From: Fibrobacteria bacterium
GTDB taxonomy: Bacteria > Fibrobacterota > Fibrobacteria > UBA11236 > JADFYW01
Direction: 5' to 3'
Length of the DNA stretch: 64,000 nt
NCBI GenBank assembly: GCA_050294405.1
Contig: JBNKOC010000016.1
Span: 64,001-128,000 of the forward strand
The position numbers were made by a program, and so were the translations under genes. The notes beneath the pieces were generated by a model. It was not told the origin of the DNA. It saw nothing but the letters and a program-made list of their open reading frames with translations, and ran no database searches. Shown here piece after piece: positions 62,589 through 64,000 of the stretch; within the stretch, counting starts at the first letter, position 1, and every line of letters begins with the position of its first letter.

Positions 62589-63455
62589 TTAGTCCCTAAA
62601 TTTCAAACTAAAGTCAAATGCTTTAACAGAGTGAGTTACCGCCCCCACACTAATATAATCTAAATCCAGATGCCCCATGGTTTTAATTCTGTTGAGGCTC
62701 ATATTTCCACTAGCTTCAATTTTAACGGGCCCAAAATTTTCTCTAATGTATTGAATGCAAATTTCGAGCTGCTGGTTATCCATGTTATCCAGCATTATCC
62801 AATTTACTTCGCTGCCCTTAAGGGATTTGAGCTCCTCTAGAGTTTCCACTTCGCATTCAATAGTATACTTATTGCCATAGCTTTCAAAAGCTTTGTCCAC
62901 TGCCTGACGGGCTCCCCCAGCAGCCTTATTGTGGTTGTCTTTTATCAAAATATGATCGTAAAGCCCTTGTCGGTGGTTTAGCCCACCTCCCACCAGCACG
63001 GCATATTTTTGCAGCTTTCTGTAACCGGGCAATGTTTTACGGGTATCCAGTATTTTGGTTTTTGAATTGTAAATTGCCGATTGGAGAATATGGACAGAGC
63101 TGGCCACTCCGGAAAGAAATTGCATAAAATTTAAAATAATCCGCTCGCAGGAAAGTATATGTTGGGTGTTACCCCGAAATTCACATATCAATTCTTTTTC
63201 TTCTATAAGCTGCCCTTCTTTGGCAAACCACTCCACTTCTACTGTGGCCTTATAGTAATCCAATACATCCTTTACCACTGGCGTTCCGCATAAAACTCCG
63301 CTATCTTTTGAGATAAGCTGGGCTTTGCTTTGAGAGTTCTTGGATATGGTGGCTAAGGAAGTCACATCTCCCGGCCCTAAATCTTCTTCAAAGGCTAAGG
63401 GCAGGAGTTCTCCTAATTGAGCATGGGGAAAGCTGGCTAAAATTTCATTTTCCAT
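62589..63455 (-). CDS. nadC: Quinolinate phosphoribosyltransferase
   Basis: EDLGPGDVT, DTRKT, NHR, IKDNH, MLDN, EASG. Confidence 0.95.
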   Translation of the reverse strand: MENEILASFPHAQLGELLPLAFEEDLGPGDVTSLATISKNSQSKAQLISKDSGVLCGTPVVKDVLDYYKATVEVEWFAKEGQLIEEKELICEFRGNTQHILSCERIILNFMQFLSGVASSVHILQSAIYNSKTKILDTRKTLPGYRKLQKYAVLVGGGLNHRQGLYDHILIKDNHNKAAGGARQAVDKAFESYGNKYTIECEVETLEELKSLKGSEVNWIMLDNMDNQQLEICIQYIRENFGPVKIEASGNMSLNRIKTMGHLDLDYISVGAVTHSVKAFDFSLKFRD

Positions 63456-64000
63456 GTGGCTGAAAATTCCGATACTAACTCACCGGGCTCATAGATTGCA
63501 TTGCCTGAAAAGTCATGGGAAAAACCACGGAACTCTGCCAACACCGATGCATTTTGTAAAACTCCATATTCAATCTTCACCCCAAAACTGGCATTGAGCG
63601 AAGTAAAAAACGATTCGCTCTGTACTGAAGAAAGAAAAGGATAATTATTTTCAAAGGGAATTTCTATTACCGCTGAATCTACCAGGGTTGTGTCATCTAG
63701 CACGTTAGCATAATCTGGAATTTCTGCTAATCCCACCGTATCTGTAACAATTGAATCCAGTTTGGGAGAATCTCTCAGAGCAAAATAAAGTTGGCCTGAT
63801 TGGAGCTGGTAGTAGACTTCCACTCGTTTCAACCCGTTGATAAGGTCGTTTCCTCCAAAAATTCTGAAACGCAAATTTCTATCGGGTAGGGCCTCGTAAA
63901 GGGGTTTGTCCTCAGGACGTAAAACTTCAGCCAAGTCTCCTAGCTTTTTTGTTGCAAAATTTTGCCCATAGGAAAATCCAAACCAAAGCCTGGGACGATA
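63437..64000 (-). CDS. Hypothetical protein, 5'-truncated
   Basis: The frame of ORF 63437..63934 stays open to the window edge (YRPRLWFGFSYGQ...). Confidence 0.6.
   Translation of the reverse strand, partial: YRPRLWFGFSYGQNFATKKLGDLAEVLRPEDKPLYEALPDRNLRFRIFGGNDLINGLKRVEVYYQLQSGQLYFALRDSPKLDSIVTDTVGLAEIPDYANVLDDTTLVDSAVIEIPFENNYPFLSSVQSESFFTSLNASFGVKIEYGVLQNASVLAEFRGFSHDFSGNAIYEPGELVSEFSATWKMKF

Overview
AT-rich bacterial chromosomal window. The lineage is probably Fibrobacterota, an inference from the L20 N-terminus and FCB-type exported proteins. In order, it contains: exported-protein genes; yceH; a tightly packed 7-gene amino-acid catabolic operon (class-III aminotransferase-GNAT-pseudo-aminotransferase fusion, C45 Ntn-hydrolase, second class-III aminotransferase, 3-oxoacid CoA-transferase A, KamA-family radical SAM aminomutase, CoA-transferase B, thiolase); a hybrid kinase/sigma54-activator pair followed by a sigma54 promoter and a complete chemosensory operon; a frameshifted astD-like dehydrogenase; pirin; an RPE-like palindromic repeat; a lamin-tail protein with a PorV-like barrel; dapA; two divergent phosphohexomutases; a 1085-aa multi-domain peptidoglycan-hydrolase effector-like gene with candidate immunity genes; then housekeeping genes (TrmH family, dxs, ispA, 6S RNA, zapA/zapB-like, pheST, rplT, rpmI, infC, thrS, tRNA-Val, bioDFHC, TPR protein, UDP-glucuronate decarboxylase, coaX, nadC). 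Best novelty candidates: (1) a putative lysine -> beta-lysine -> 3-aminoadipate -> 3-oxoadipate catabolic route built around a single-chain pseudo-heterodimeric transaminase; (2) a WHIX-like double-ended peptidoglycan-targeting effector. All calls come from motif recognition by eye; no searches were run.
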